Shown: one piece after another, positions 19,335-30,876 of the stretch | How positions within the stretch are numbered: the first letter of the stretch is position 1 | Layout of the letters: every line of letters starts with the position of its first letter | From: Candidatus Sulfomarinibacteraceae bacterium | GTDB taxonomy: Bacteria; Acidobacteriota; Thermoanaerobaculia; Thermoanaerobaculales; Sulfomarinibacteraceae | NCBI GenBank assembly: GCA_963796455.1 | Contig: CAWCLO010000010.1 | Location: forward strand, 608,001-672,000 | Length of the DNA: 64,000 nt | Reading direction: 5' to 3' | Position numbers and translations under genes: made by a program | Notes under the pieces: generated by a model | What the model was told of the DNA's origin: nothing | The model's input: the letters and a program-made list of their open reading frames with translations, nothing else | Databases searched by the model: none

Positions 19335-20750
19335 ATGACCTATCAGGTGCTCGCTCGGAGCTGGAGACCGCAACGATTCGCCGACCTTCTCGGTCAGGAG
19401 GGTGTTGTTCAAACCCTTTCGAATGCTCTGTCCGGGGAGACCTTCGGCCAGGCATATTTGTTTTCCGGTTTGCGCGGGGTCGGTAAAACGACGGTCGCCC
19501 GGTTGCTCGCCAAAGCGGTCAATTGCGAACACGGGCCGACGGCGGACCCATGCGGTGAGTGCATCTCGTGCATCGAAGTGACCGAAGGCGCCAGCATTGA
19601 TGTCATCGAAATCGACGGCGCGTCGAATCGCGGAATCGACAACGTTCGCGAACTGCGCGATCTGCTGCAGTTTCACCCGACCCGCGACCGTTTTCGTGTC
19701 ATCATCATCGACGAAGTCCACATGCTGACGGACCCGGCCTTCAATGCTCTCCTCAAGAGCCTCGAAGAGCCGCCACCCTATATTCTGTGGATCTTCGCCA
19801 CAACCGAACGCACCAAGGTCCCGGACACGATCCTCTCCCGTTGTCAGCAGCTCGAGTTTCGACCGGTAGGATCGGAACTCATCCGCGGCCGATTGCAGGA
19901 AATCGCGATGACGGACGGCTTTGAATTGGCGCCCTCCGCCGCCGCCGCAATTGCCGGTGTTTCCGAGGGAAGCGTTCGCGACGCCCTGTCGCTTCTGGAT
20001 CAGCTGCGGGCCTTTGCCGCCGACAATATCGACGACGATGCGGTGGCGGCGGTGATCGGCGTACCACCGGTCGAAATCACAGCGGGCCTGTTGCGCGCGA
20101 TGGCGGCCGGCCGGGTCGGCGAAATCCTGGAGCTGCTGCGCGATCAGCTTGCCGGCGGCCAGGATGCTTCGGTTCTCTACAACGAGATTGGCCGGGCGAT
20201 CCGAACAGCGCTCCACCTGGCGGTGGATCCCAAGCTCGAACCGAATCTGTCGGAGTCCCACCGGACATTTTTGCAGCCCCTTGCCGACGAGGTCGGAACG
20301 GACGGGCTCGCCCGGATGCTGGGTCTGTGGCTCGACCACGGCCTCGTGATGCGGGACTCCGGCAATCGTGAGCTCGCTCTCGAGGTGATCGCCATGCGTC
20401 TTGCCCGGTGGCCTTCCGTGCGAGCGGTGGAAGATTGGCTTCGGGGAGCGGAACGGTCGCTGCCGGCAGGTCCCGCACCGAGTACCTCGACCCCGCCGAC
20501 GGCAAGCACCGGCGGACAAGCGGGTGGTTCGCCGCCAGCTTCCGGAGGAAACGCCGCATCGGCCGCAGCGATCTCAGCAACTGAAGTGGGAGCCGACGAC
20601 GACGATGGCCCTCCAAAGGAGATGGCGGTCATCGACCCGCGGGTGGCGGCACTTGAAGAGGAGGCTCGTACGGACCCCGGCGTGATGATGGTGCAGAAGG
20701 TTCTCGGGGGCGACGTGGTTGCGGTGCGTCCGGACAACGACACGAGGTGA
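19335..20750 (+). CDS. dnaX: DNA polymerase III subunit gamma/tau
   Basis: YQVLARSWRPQRF, GVGKTT, EIDGASNRG, IIDEVHML, SRCQ. Confidence 0.96.
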   Translation: MTYQVLARSWRPQRFADLLGQEGVVQTLSNALSGETFGQAYLFSGLRGVGKTTVARLLAKAVNCEHGPTADPCGECISCIEVTEGASIDVIEIDGASNRGIDNVRELRDLLQFHPTRDRFRVIIIDEVHMLTDPAFNALLKSLEEPPPYILWIFATTERTKVPDTILSRCQQLEFRPVGSELIRGRLQEIAMTDGFELAPSAAAAIAGVSEGSVRDALSLLDQLRAFAADNIDDDAVAAVIGVPPVEITAGLLRAMAAGRVGEILELLRDQLAGGQDASVLYNEIGRAIRTALHLAVDPKLEPNLSESHRTFLQPLADEVGTDGLARMLGLWLDHGLVMRDSGNRELALEVIAMRLARWPSVRAVEDWLRGAERSLPAGPAPSTSTPPTASTGGQAGGSPPASGGNAASAAAISATEVGADDDDGPPKEMAVIDPRVAALEEEARTDPGVMMVQKVLGGDVVAVRPDNDTR

Positions 20751-20763
20751 GGCGGGCCCACTG

Positions 20764-21363
20764 ATGGATCTGCGTCCACCGATTGTCCGTGAGCTTCTCG
20801 AGCATCTCGAGCGCCTCCCCGGGGTCGGTCCGCGCACCGCGCAACGCCTGGCGGAACACCTCCTGACCATTGATCGCGGCGAGCTCGAGGCATTTGCCAA
20901 GGTACTTTCCGGGCTCAACGAAAATGTCCGACTGTGCTCCGAGTGTTCTCTGTTGACCGCTTCCGATCCTTGCGAGGTGTGCACCGATCCGGCTCGCGAC
21001 CGCTCGAGGATCCTGGTGGTCGAAGAGCCGACCACCGCCTGGGCGGTGGAAGCGACCGGTGAATACCAGGGCCTTTACCACGCACTACTCGGCCACCTGT
21101 CTCCCCTGCATGGAGTCGGCCCGGAAGAGCTGACGATTGCCGGTCTCGAAGAACGGTGCCGATCGGGGGACGTGATAGAGGTCATTCTTGCGACGGATCC
21201 CACCGTTGAGGGCGAAACCACAGCGCTGTATATCGCGCGCCGGCTGCAGCCGCTCGAGGTCGCGGTGAGCCGCCCCGCCTCCGGCATTCCGGTGGGAGGA
21301 GAGGTCGCCTCGGTGGACAGGGTGACCCTCGCCCAGGCGTTGCAGCTTCGGCGCCTGGTCTGA
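20764..21363 (+). CDS. recR: Recombination mediator RecR
   Basis: LPGVGPRTAQRLA, C4 zinc finger, Toprim EVILAT..EGETTA. Confidence 0.96.
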   Translation: MDLRPPIVRELLEHLERLPGVGPRTAQRLAEHLLTIDRGELEAFAKVLSGLNENVRLCSECSLLTASDPCEVCTDPARDRSRILVVEEPTTAWAVEATGEYQGLYHALLGHLSPLHGVGPEELTIAGLEERCRSGDVIEVILATDPTVEGETTALYIARRLQPLEVAVSRPASGIPVGGEVASVDRVTLAQALQLRRLV

Positions 21364-21484
21364 CCCATCCCGGTGCTGCTGAGATCGCCCGATCGTCATG
21401 TTGCGCGCCTGTCAGACGGGGCCCGCAGGTGGCCGGATTTGAGGCAGATATGCTATAAATTGATAGGTTTGGAAGTATAACGCG

Positions 21485-21973
21485 GTGAATACATCATTGG
21501 TCATGTACGAAGAGGAGTTCGTGCTTATCAAAGCACTCCTTGACGGCTTGCGCATGGACGCGAGCGCGAAGATTGTATTTCTTGTCGACAAGAATGGGCA
21601 ACAGATCGCCGATGCGGGCGAGGTCGATCTGGTTGACACGACTTCCCTGGCATCGCTCACCGCGGGCAACGTCGCCGCCACCGACGGTCTGGCCAAGTTG
21701 ATCGGTGAAAAGGAGTTCTCGATCCTCTTCCACGAGGGTCGTAAGGACAACATTCACATCTCGATCGTCGCCCAAAGGTTGATTCTGGTGGTGATCTTTG
21801 ATGAGCGTTCTTCGTTGGGGCTGGTTCGGCTCCGGGTCCGCAAGGCCTCCGTCGACATCGAACGGGTCCTCCTCGAAATGGAAGCCAAGTCGCAAAACGT
21901 CGGCACCGTGGAAAACGTCTCTCCCTTTGCCGAGATTACTGATGACGATATCGATGCATTGTTTTCTGAATGA
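21485..21973 (+). CDS. mglB: Roadblock/LC7 protein MglB
   Basis: [37 protein letters not shown]. Confidence 0.92.
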   Translation: MNTSLVMYEEEFVLIKALLDGLRMDASAKIVFLVDKNGQQIADAGEVDLVDTTSLASLTAGNVAATDGLAKLIGEKEFSILFHEGRKDNIHISIVAQRLILVVIFDERSSLGLVRLRVRKASVDIERVLLEMEAKSQNVGTVENVSPFAEITDDDIDALFSE

Positions 21974-22554
21974 GTTTCATTAATTACGCCGCTCGTGAGA
22001 TCAACGTCAAGATCGTATTCTACGGTCCCGGTCTGTGCGGAAAGACGACGAATCTGCAGTACATCTTCGAAAAGTCGTCGCCGCAGCAGAAGGGCAAACT
22101 CATTTCCCTCGCCACCGAGACGGATCGTACGCTTTTCTTTGATTTTCTGCCCCTCGACCTCGGCGCCGTGCGCGGCTTCAAAACCCGATTCCATCTCTAT
22201 ACGGTTCCCGGACAGGTTTTTTACGATGCCAGCCGCAAGCTCATCCTGAAGGGTGTCGACGGAGTGGTCTTCGTCGCCGACTCTCAGGAGGCGAGGATGG
22301 ATGCCAACGAGGAGTCCTTGCGAAATCTCGAGGACAATCTTCGTGAGAATGGCTTTGAGCTCAAGAACGTCCCCTATGTGCTCCAGTTCAACAAACGGGA
22401 TCTGCCGAGCGCCATGTTGGTTGACGATATGTACCGGATCCTGAACTACAAGGGCGAGCCCACCTTCGAGGCCGTTGCGGTCAAAGGCATCGGTGTTTTT
22501 GAAACGCTCAAGGCGGTCGCTAAACAGGTTCTCTACGAGCTCCGCAGTCGCTGA
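21970..22554 (+). CDS. mglA: Small GTPase MglA
   Basis: [38 protein letters not shown]. Confidence 0.96.
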   Translation: MSFINYAAREINVKIVFYGPGLCGKTTNLQYIFEKSSPQQKGKLISLATETDRTLFFDFLPLDLGAVRGFKTRFHLYTVPGQVFYDASRKLILKGVDGVVFVADSQEARMDANEESLRNLEDNLRENGFELKNVPYVLQFNKRDLPSAMLVDDMYRILNYKGEPTFEAVAVKGIGVFETLKAVAKQVLYELRSR

Positions 22555-22674
22555 GAGCCCGACCAGCTCCGCGCGCCCCCTGTTACTCCACCCATAGAGT
22601 CGTTCACGCTTCGATATCGGGAGCGTCGTGATAGGCTGCGACCGCGCCCGCTCGTGTTGAAATCAGGAGGCACC

Positions 22675-24693
22675 GTGAGCACGGAATTCAACCGCACTGA
22701 TCAGCAAGCAGTCACCACGATCCGCACCCTTTCAATCGACGCGATTCAGCGAGCGAACTCGGGCCATCCCGGTGCGCCGATGGGTTTGGCGCCGGTGGCG
22801 TGGGTGCTCTTCAGCCGCTATTTGAAGCACGATCCGGCGGACCCCCAGTGGCCAGACCGGGATCGTTTCGTGCTCTCCTGCGGCCACGCTTCGATGTTGC
22901 TGTATTCGGTCCTGCATCTAACCGGTTACGAGCTCCTGCTTGACGAGATCAAGGAATTTCGGCAGTGGGGCTCGAGAACACCGGGGCACCCGGAGGTTGG
23001 AGTGGTGCCGGGCGTCGAGATGACCACCGGTCCGCTTGGCCAGGGCTGCGCGACATCGGTGGGCATGGCCTTGACCGAGGCCCACCTGGCCGCCACCTTC
23101 AACACCGCCGGCCATGATGTGATCGATCACCGGACGTGGGTGTTGTGCTCGGACGGCGATTTGATGGAGGGAGTGAGCGCGGAGGCCGCATCGCTGGCCG
23201 GCCACCTCGAGCTCACGAAACTGATCTGGGTCTGGGACGACAACGGCATCACCATCGAGGGCGGCACCGACCTCGCGTTTTCGGAAGACGTGTGCGCGAG
23301 ATTTCGCGCCTATGGTTGGCGGGTGGTGGAGATCGATGACGCCAACGATCTCGATGCGATCTCCACCGGGCTCGAAACGGCAACCGCGAGCGCTGGGCGA
23401 CCGACCCTGGTGCGTGTCCGCTCGCACATCGGTTGGGGTTCACCCAACAAACAGGACTCCTCTTCGGCCCACGGATCGCCCCTGGGTGAGGACGAGGTGC
23501 GGGCCACCAAAGAGGCCTATGGGTGGTCTCCTGAGAGCTCGTTCGAGGTCCCGTCCGATGTTGCAGACGAAGGGCTGCGGGTCGCGGCCCGCGGAGCCGA
23601 AAAACACCAGGTGTGGAGGGAAAAATTCGCAGCCTGGGCGAAAGCTCACCCGGCTCTTGAGGAGGCGTGGCAGCGCCGGTTGGAAGGCCGTTTGCCCGAG
23701 GGTTGGGCTTCGAGCCTGCCGTCGTTCGACGCCGCCGACAAAATTGCCACGAGGGCTGCATCGGGCAAAGTTCTCAACGCCATCGCACCATTCCTGCCGG
23801 AATTGATCGGTGGATCCGCGGATCTTGCTCCATCGACCAAGACCCTGATCGATGGCGGAGGCGATGTGGCCGCCGGTGATTTCGGTCATCGCAATCTCCG
23901 CTTTGGCATTCGCGAACACGCAATGGGGGCCATCCTCAACGGGATGGCTCTCCACGGCGGAGTGAAGCCCTTTGGCGCAACCTTCCTGGTCTTTGCGGAC
24001 TACATGCGACCAGCCATTCGTCTCGCGGCGCTCATGGAGCAGCCGGTGATCTATGTCTTCACCCACGACTCGATCTGGGTCGGTGAAGACGGCCCGACCC
24101 ACCAGCCGATCGAACACGCCCTGGCGCTTCGTGCGATTCCTGATCTGGTGGTGCTGCGGCCGGCGGATGCCAACGAAACGGCAGCTGCGTGGCGGGTGGC
24201 GGTGGAGCGCGGCAACGGACCCACCGCACTGCTCCTCAGCCGGCAGGGTCTGCCGGTGCTCGCGGCCGCGGCCGAAAGGGGAGCGGAGGGAGTTTCCCGC
24301 GGCGCCTATGTGCTCGAAGATGGTGGCGATTCGGATCCCGATGTGGTGTTGATCGCAACCGGTGGTGAGGTTTCGCTGGCGGTGGCCGGCCGGGCCGAAC
24401 TTGCAGGTCGGGGGATTTCTGCCCGCGTCGTTTCGATGCCGTCTTGGGAGCTCTTCCGCGGACAGTCACCAGACTATCGCCATTCGGTCCTGCCGCCGTC
24501 GGTGCCGCGTCTCGCGATCGAGGCCGGCGTCACCCTCGGATGGCGCGAGTTTGTCGGCGATTCGGGTGCGGTGATCGGTATCGATCGTTATGGCGCATCG
24601 GCACCCGGAAAGGTCGTCGCCGAGAATCTCGGTTTGCGGGTCGATGTGATCGTCGAAAAGGCGATGGAACTGGTTGCGAAGGTAAATAAATAG
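22675..24693 (+). CDS. tkt: Transketolase
   Basis: [34 protein letters not shown]. Confidence 0.97.
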   Translation: MSTEFNRTDQQAVTTIRTLSIDAIQRANSGHPGAPMGLAPVAWVLFSRYLKHDPADPQWPDRDRFVLSCGHASMLLYSVLHLTGYELLLDEIKEFRQWGSRTPGHPEVGVVPGVEMTTGPLGQGCATSVGMALTEAHLAATFNTAGHDVIDHRTWVLCSDGDLMEGVSAEAASLAGHLELTKLIWVWDDNGITIEGGTDLAFSEDVCARFRAYGWRVVEIDDANDLDAISTGLETATASAGRPTLVRVRSHIGWGSPNKQDSSSAHGSPLGEDEVRATKEAYGWSPESSFEVPSDVADEGLRVAARGAEKHQVWREKFAAWAKAHPALEEAWQRRLEGRLPEGWASSLPSFDAADKIATRAASGKVLNAIAPFLPELIGGSADLAPSTKTLIDGGGDVAAGDFGHRNLRFGIREHAMGAILNGMALHGGVKPFGATFLVFADYMRPAIRLAALMEQPVIYVFTHDSIWVGEDGPTHQPIEHALALRAIPDLVVLRPADANETAAAWRVAVERGNGPTALLLSRQGLPVLAAAAERGAEGVSRGAYVLEDGGDSDPDVVLIATGGEVSLAVAGRAELAGRGISARVVSMPSWELFRGQSPDYRHSVLPPSVPRLAIEAGVTLGWREFVGDSGAVIGIDRYGASAPGKVVAENLGLRVDVIVEKAMELVAKVNK

Positions 24694-24812
24694 ACGGAGA
24701 AGAGTTCAGGGTGAAGGACATTCCGCACCGGAACACCGTTGAACCGGTCATTGACTTCACTCCTGACCCTTGAGCGGAAGCTGAGAATTGACTCGATGAA
24801 ACTGGAGGCCCG

Positions 24813-25916
24813 ATGAATCCTTTGCAACAACTCTGGGATGAACAACGCCAGGCGGTGTGGCTCGACTTCATCGAGCGCGATCTCTTGACCGAGGGCGGTC
24901 TCGCGGCGCTGGTGGCCGACGACGGGGTGCGGGGCGTGACCTCGAACCCATCGATTTTTCAGAAGGCGATCGAGGGTGGCGGAGCCTACGATCAGGCGGT
25001 GGCAGACCTCTTGAGCTCGCGTCCCGAGACCACGACCCAGGAGCTCTATGAATCGCTCGTGATCGAAGACATACGGCACGCCGCGGATATCCTGCACACG
25101 GTGTGGGCATCCAGTGATGGTGAGGACGGATATGTCAGTCTCGAGGTCTCTCCCCACCTCGCGCACGACACGGAAGGCACCGTGGCCGAGGCCCGTCGTC
25201 TCTGGGCCGCGGTGGACCGGGTCAATTTGATGATCAAAGTGCCCGCCACCAACGAGGGAATCCCGGCGATCGAGAGCCTGATTGCGGATGGCATCAACGT
25301 CAATGCGACCCTCATGTTTTCGCTCGCAGATTACGAAGCTGTGGCCACCGCCTATCTGCGGGGTCTCGCGGACTGTGCTGATCCGTCGCGGGTGGCGTCA
25401 GTGGCTTCGTTCTTTGTCAGCCGGGTCGACACCAAAATCGACGCCGCGCTTGAAGCGATCGGCAATCAGGAAGCGCGGGCGCTTTTGGGGCGGGCGGCGA
25501 TCGCCAACGCCAAGCTGGCCTATCGGCGTTTCGAGGAGCTTTTCCGCGGCGAGGCCTTTGCCGAACACGCAGCGAGGAGGGCGCGGGTGCAGCGGCCCTT
25601 GTGGGCAAGCACCAGCACCAAAAACCCCGAATACCGCGATGTGATCTATGTCGAAGAATTGATCGGTTCGGACACCGTCAACACTCTTCCAGTGGCGACT
25701 CTGGAAGCATTTCGCGATCATGGGGAACCGCGAACTTCCCTGAGTGAAGATCTCGCGGGCGCCGAAGCGGTCTTTGCCGGGCTCGCCGAGCTCGGAATCG
25801 ACATCGACGCGGTGACTGCGGAGCTTCAACGGGAGGGGGTCGCGGCATTTGCGGCCTCATTCGACCAGCTCCTTGCAGCGCTCGACGCGGCCCGCCTGGA
25901 AAAGACCGCCGGTTAG
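24813..25916 (+). CDS. tal: Transaldolase
   Basis: GVTSNPSIF, VSLEVSP, MIKVP, ASFFVSRVD, LWASTSTK. Confidence 0.95.
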   Translation: MNPLQQLWDEQRQAVWLDFIERDLLTEGGLAALVADDGVRGVTSNPSIFQKAIEGGGAYDQAVADLLSSRPETTTQELYESLVIEDIRHAADILHTVWASSDGEDGYVSLEVSPHLAHDTEGTVAEARRLWAAVDRVNLMIKVPATNEGIPAIESLIADGINVNATLMFSLADYEAVATAYLRGLADCADPSRVASVASFFVSRVDTKIDAALEAIGNQEARALLGRAAIANAKLAYRRFEELFRGEAFAEHAARRARVQRPLWASTSTKNPEYRDVIYVEELIGSDTVNTLPVATLEAFRDHGEPRTSLSEDLAGAEAVFAGLAELGIDIDAVTAELQREGVAAFAASFDQLLAALDAARLEKTAG

Positions 25917-26022
25917 CCCGAAGAAGCCCGATTGACTACTCTCCGGATCCGTCTCCGAGGCGGTCTCTGATGAGTTTCAATACAATGGGTGGAGTTGTTT
26001 TTGATCGAGCGGGAGGTAGTTG

Positions 26023-27849
26023 ATGTGCGGCATCATCGGATACGTGGGTGCGGACGAGGTGGTGCCGGTGATTCTCGATGGTCTCAGGCGACTCGAATAT
26101 CGAGGTTATGACTCGGCCGGTATGGCGGTGATGGGTGCCGACGGCATCGGAGTCCTGCGCGCGGCCGGCAAGCTCCGCAACCTCGAACAACGTGCCTATC
26201 ACGAGCCGCTCCACGGCACCGTTGGCATCGGTCACACGCGTTGGGCGACCCACGGCGCACCGACCGAGGCCAACGCCCACCCCCAGACGGACACCGATGG
26301 GCATGTGGCGGTGGTCCACAACGGCATCCTCGAGAACTACGCCAGTCTTCGGGACGAGCTGCAGGATGCCGGCGTCGAGCTCCAGTCGGACACCGACACC
26401 GAGTTGATCGCCCAACTGCTCGGGCGGCAAGAAGGAAGCTTGCACGAGCGGGTTTTTAAAATCCTGCCGCGACTGATCGGCCAATACGCGGTGGTCGCGG
26501 TCTCACGATCCGAACCCGGAACGGTGGTGGCCTTTCGAAACGGTCCTCCGCTGGTGCTCGGTCTCGGCGATTCGGAGAACATCGTGGCCTCGGATGTCAC
26601 GGCCCTTCTTCACCGGACCCGCCGCGTGGTGTTTTTGGAAAACGGCGATGTGGCGGAAGTGCGGCTCGATGGAGTGCGGGTGCTCGACGGGACCGGCGCC
26701 ACCGTTGAACGAAAGGTCGAAACTCTCGACTGGGACGCGGCCCGGGTCGAAAAAGGCGGTTTCCGGCATTTCATGCTCAAGGAGATCTACGAGCAACCGG
26801 ATGCCATCCGGAACACGGTTCTGGCCTATCTCGACAAGGATCGACGGGGCGTCAACCTCCATGATCTGGGATTCACGGCGGATCAGTTGGCACGACTGGA
26901 GCGGGTTCACCTGGTGGCCTGCGGCACATCCTGGCACGCCGCCCTGGTTGGCAAGTTCGTGATCGAAAAACTGACCGGGTTGCCGACCGAGGTCGACTAT
27001 GCCTCCGAATACCGTTATCGATCGCCGCTGATCGACGACGGGGTGCTGGTGGTGGGAATTTCTCAGAGCGGAGAAACGGCGGACACCCTGGCCGCGATGG
27101 AGCTCGCCGAGGCATCGGGAGCACTGCTGGCAACGGTGTGCAACAGCCGCGGCTCGTCGTCGTGGCGGTTGGCCACATCGCGCATGTTGACCCAGGCGGG
27201 GCCCGAGATCGGGGTCGCCTCGACCAAGGCTTTTACCACGCAGCTCGTCGCGCTGGTCTTGATGGCCCTGGCGCTTCGCTCGGCCCGAGGCCTTGCCGAC
27301 GCGAGCGATGCTGCGATCGTGGCTGAGCTCCAGCACCTGCCCCTGGCGGTCGAGCGGGCCCTTTCCATCGATGACGACCTCTACCGGCGGGCAACGGAGA
27401 TGTTGGCCGACGCGACGGACTCGCTGTATCTGGGACGCGGCATCCTGTACCCGATCGCGCTCGAGGGTGCGCTCAAACTCAAGGAGATTTCTTATCTCCA
27501 CGCCGAGGGCTATCCGGCGGGAGAGATGAAACACGGGCCGATCGCCCTTCTCCAGGAAGACTTCCCGGTGGTTGCCGTCATCCCCGAAGGAACATCGCGA
27601 GAGAAGTTGGTCGGAAATCTGATGGAGGTCCGGGCTCGCGGTGCCTCCGTCATCGCGATTGCCGGGGAAGAGGCCGAGGGGCTCGATCATGTTGTCGATC
27701 TCGTCCTGCCGGTGCCGCGGGTTCATCCGTTGCTGCAGCCGGTTGTGGCGGTCGTGCCGTTGCAACTCCTGGCCTATCACGTGGCGGTGGAGCTCGGCAA
27801 CGATGTGGACCAACCAAGGAATCTCGCCAAGAGCGTCACCGTCGAATGA
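26023..27849 (+). CDS. glmS: Glutamine--fructose-6-phosphate aminotransferase
   Basis: MCGIIG, LEYRGYDSAG, GHTRWATHG, PRNLAKSVTVE. Confidence 0.98.
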   Translation: MCGIIGYVGADEVVPVILDGLRRLEYRGYDSAGMAVMGADGIGVLRAAGKLRNLEQRAYHEPLHGTVGIGHTRWATHGAPTEANAHPQTDTDGHVAVVHNGILENYASLRDELQDAGVELQSDTDTELIAQLLGRQEGSLHERVFKILPRLIGQYAVVAVSRSEPGTVVAFRNGPPLVLGLGDSENIVASDVTALLHRTRRVVFLENGDVAEVRLDGVRVLDGTGATVERKVETLDWDAARVEKGGFRHFMLKEIYEQPDAIRNTVLAYLDKDRRGVNLHDLGFTADQLARLERVHLVACGTSWHAALVGKFVIEKLTGLPTEVDYASEYRYRSPLIDDGVLVVGISQSGETADTLAAMELAEASGALLATVCNSRGSSSWRLATSRMLTQAGPEIGVASTKAFTTQLVALVLMALALRSARGLADASDAAIVAELQHLPLAVERALSIDDDLYRRATEMLADATDSLYLGRGILYPIALEGALKLKEISYLHAEGYPAGEMKHGPIALLQEDFPVVAVIPEGTSREKLVGNLMEVRARGASVIAIAGEEAEGLDHVVDLVLPVPRVHPLLQPVVAVVPLQLLAYHVAVELGNDVDQPRNLAKSVTVE

Positions 27850-27868
27850 CCCGTGCGCGCCACGTGAC

Positions 27869-27982
27869 GAGTTCTGAGTTCTGGGCTCGGAATTCTGAAT
27901 TCCGCACACCATCCCGGAACTCGGGGTTGCCCTCTGGGAGCGGATAGAAATTCCGAACTCCGATCTCCGAACTCGAAATTCA
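27869..27982. repeat. Inverted heptamer arrays around a ~45-nt spacer
   Basis: Left GAGTTCT GAGTTCT GGGCTCG GAATTCT GAATTCC; right AAATTCC GAACTCC GATCTCC GAACTCG AAATTCA (roughly complementary). Confidence 0.8.
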
Positions 27983-28042
27983 AAAGTTGAGTCTCGCGCA
28001 ACGCACTGCTACCTTCTTCCTTCGCCCGGAGGAGATCTCTCT

Positions 28043-30247
28043 TTGAATGAACTCTTGAAGGACCTCAATCCTCAGCAACGCGAAGCGGTAACCCACGGGA
28101 GCGGACCGCTGCTGGTGCTTGCCGGCGCCGGCTCGGGCAAAACCCGGGTTCTCACATATCGCATCGCCCACCTGTTGGCGACCGGTGAGGCCGACCCTTC
28201 CGGCATCACAGCGGTCACCTTCACCAACAAGGCTGCCCGCGAGATGCGGGACCGCGTGCAGCAACTCTGCGGTCGACCCGTGGCGGGAGGCTTTGTCGGC
28301 ACCTTCCACCGGTGGGCGCTCGAGGTGCTCCGAAGGTATCCGGCGGCGGCTGGTCTACCTCCTCGGTTCGCCATCATTGACAGTGACGACCAGCGGGTAA
28401 TGGTCAACCGGGTGCTCAAAGAACTCGGTCTGGATCCCAAGGAGCTGCCGCCGCGAGCGGTGCTGTCGCGGATCTCCTCGCTGGTCAATCGCGGCACCGA
28501 TCTGAAAAGCTTCAGCGCCCGAGCGGCGGGGTCTTCCGACGACACGCTGGTGGGTGTCTGGGAGCGCTATGAACAAGCCAAGAAGGCCGCCCGCGTGGTC
28601 GATTTCGACGACATGCTGGTTCGGGCTCTGCGCGCGTTGCGGGCCGAAGCCTCGATCCGGCGGGCGGTTTCCGCTCGGGCCCGATACCTGTTGGTGGATG
28701 AGTTTCAAGATACCAACATCCTGCAGATGGATCTCCTCACCGAAGTCTTGGACGACGAGGGCAACATCACCGCGGTCGGCGACGAAGATCAGTCGATCTA
28801 TGGTTGGCGCGGCGCTGAGCTCGACAATATTCTTCGTTTCGAGGACTCCTTTCCGGGCGCCAGTGTGGTCAAGCTCGAGGAAAACTACCGCTCGACGGCA
28901 CCGATTCTCGGTGTGGCGGGGGGGTTGATCGCGGCCAACGCGGGCCGGCGCGGCAAAAAGCTCTTCACCAGTCGTACGGGCGGAGAACCGGTGCGTCTTT
29001 ATATCTCGGAGGACGAACGCAGCGAGGCGAGATGGGTCGCCGACCACATCGAGTCAATGTCCGGTGCGAGGGCGTTGAACGAGATGGCGGTCTTGATGCG
29101 GACGAACGCCCAGACCCGCCCCTTCGAGGAGGAGTTCACCCGCCGTAGGATCACCTATCGGGTGGTCGGGGGACTGCGTTTCTGGCAGCGGGCTGAGATC
29201 AAAGACGCGCTTGCCTATCTTCGGCTCGCCCAGCATTCGGACAATCTGCTTTCCTTCGAGAGAGTGATCAACGTGCCCACCCGCGGGATCGGTGCTGCGA
29301 CGCTCGACATTCTGCGGCGCTCGGCCGCGGATCTCGCGCTGACCCTGCCGGAGGCTGCGCGGCGTCTGCCGGAGGGCCTCAGCCCGCGCGCACGGATTTC
29401 CATCGAAAAGTTTTTCAAGCTCCTCGACGAAGCGGGTGCCCAGCGCGAGGACCTCAGCCCCGGCGACTACGCCGGTTGGTTGCTCGAAGCATCCGGACTC
29501 TTTGCGATGTACGAGGGCGACGCCGAGGACCGGGTTGCGCGGCGGGAAAATCTGCAACAGTTGGCGGCGGCGGTTGCGGAGGCCGCTCTACGGGGACAGA
29601 GCCTCGAAGATTTCCTCGATGCGGTGGCGTTGCTCGAAGAAGCGGAGGACGATGGAGCGACCGACGGAGTTGCCCTCATGACCCTGCACTCGGCCAAGGG
29701 TCTCGAGTTCGATGTGGTGTTCCTGGTTGGTCTCGAAGATGGTCTCCTGCCCCACGCCAATGTCCGCGACGAAATCGAGGGTCTGGAAGAGGAGCGGCGC
29801 CTTGCCTATGTGGGCATGACCCGGGCGAGGAAATGGCTTGCGCTGACGGCGGCCCGTTCCCGCTTTCTTTTTGGTCAACGGCAGCCGACCCGGCGCTCGC
29901 GCTTTCTCGATGACTTGCCGCACGAGGGTCTCGACGACGTTTCGCAACCTGAACCTTCCTGGAGCACTGGTGGTTTGCAGGCGCCGGCTCGGCGCGGGCG
30001 GACCGGGGGTGCTCCGGCGCGCGGCGGCGCCCCTCAGCGAAGGTCGGGCTCCAGGATCGCGACCACCGTCACCGACGGTGCCGGTACAGGATGGCGGCCG
30101 GGTGATCGGGTCCGCCATCGAAAATTCGGATCCGGTGTGGTTCTCGCTTGTCAGGGAACCGGGGCACAGCTCAAGCTGGTGGTGTTCTTCGATCGTGCCG
30201 GCCGCAAAACGCTGGTGCCGACCATCGCCAAGCTCGAGAAAGTTTGA
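28043..30247 (+). CDS. pcrA: UvrD/PcrA-family DNA helicase
   Basis: [52 protein letters not shown] start with GGAG upstream. Confidence 0.93.
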   Translation: MNELLKDLNPQQREAVTHGSGPLLVLAGAGSGKTRVLTYRIAHLLATGEADPSGITAVTFTNKAAREMRDRVQQLCGRPVAGGFVGTFHRWALEVLRRYPAAAGLPPRFAIIDSDDQRVMVNRVLKELGLDPKELPPRAVLSRISSLVNRGTDLKSFSARAAGSSDDTLVGVWERYEQAKKAARVVDFDDMLVRALRALRAEASIRRAVSARARYLLVDEFQDTNILQMDLLTEVLDDEGNITAVGDEDQSIYGWRGAELDNILRFEDSFPGASVVKLEENYRSTAPILGVAGGLIAANAGRRGKKLFTSRTGGEPVRLYISEDERSEARWVADHIESMSGARALNEMAVLMRTNAQTRPFEEEFTRRRITYRVVGGLRFWQRAEIKDALAYLRLAQHSDNLLSFERVINVPTRGIGAATLDILRRSAADLALTLPEAARRLPEGLSPRARISIEKFFKLLDEAGAQREDLSPGDYAGWLLEASGLFAMYEGDAEDRVARRENLQQLAAAVAEAALRGQSLEDFLDAVALLEEAEDDGATDGVALMTLHSAKGLEFDVVFLVGLEDGLLPHANVRDEIEGLEEERRLAYVGMTRARKWLALTAARSRFLFGQRQPTRRSRFLDDLPHEGLDDVSQPEPSWSTGGLQAPARRGRTGGAPARGGAPQRRSGSRIATTVTDGAGTGWRPGDRVRHRKFGSGVVLACQGTGAQLKLVVFFDRAGRKTLVPTIAKLEKV

Positions 30248-30333
30248 GCGGGAATCCGAGGGGAGTATTCTTCGTAATACCCTTGGGCGCGGAAACGGAG
30301 ATGGGCACCCTGTGCCAACTTTGTGGAGGCAGT

Positions 30334-30876
30334 ATGAAAAATGAGTGGCATCACACGACGGTGTTGGCGGTACGAAGAAACGGTGTGGTCGTGGTCGGGT
30401 CCGACGGCCAGGTGACCCTCGGGACAAATATCATCAAACAGGGCGCGGCCAAGGTGCGCCGACTCGGAAATGGCAAGGTTATTGCCGGATTTGCCGGATC
30501 GGTAGCGGATGCCCTGGCCCTCTTTACCCGCTTCGAAGCAAAGCTCGAGGAGTACGGCCACAATCTCGAGCGGGCCGCGGTGGAGCTTGCCCGCGACTGG
30601 CGCACGGACAAGGCGCTGCGGCACCTCGAAGCGCTGCTGATCACCGCGGACGCCAAGACCACCCTCCTCGTATCGGGGACCGGCGAGGTCTTGTCGCCCG
30701 ATGACGACGTGGTCGCGGTTGGATCGGGTGGCAGCTATGCCCTGGCGGCGGCGCGCGCGCTGATCCTTCACACCGAATTGCAGGCCCGCGAAATCGTGAC
30801 CGAGGCACTCAAGATCGCCGGGTCCATCGATATCTACACCAACGACCAGATCACCATCGAGGAGCTCACAAAGTGA
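30334..30876 (+). CDS. hslV: ATP-dependent protease subunit HslV
   Basis: [28 protein letters not shown]. Confidence 0.96.
   Translation: MKNEWHHTTVLAVRRNGVVVVGSDGQVTLGTNIIKQGAAKVRRLGNGKVIAGFAGSVADALALFTRFEAKLEEYGHNLERAAVELARDWRTDKALRHLEALLITADAKTTLLVSGTGEVLSPDDDVVAVGSGGSYALAAARALILHTELQAREIVTEALKIAGSIDIYTNDQITIEELTK

Noticed and set aside
25917..26022. glmS ribozyme, or hammerhead ribozyme (CTGATGAG present), upstream of glmS
   Set aside because: No glmS core sequence, and no hammerhead stems or correctly placed GAAA.
30302..30318. sigma54 promoter upstream of hslV
   Set aside because: GG-N10-GC spacing fails on both strands; only a short GGCAC/GTGCC palindrome.
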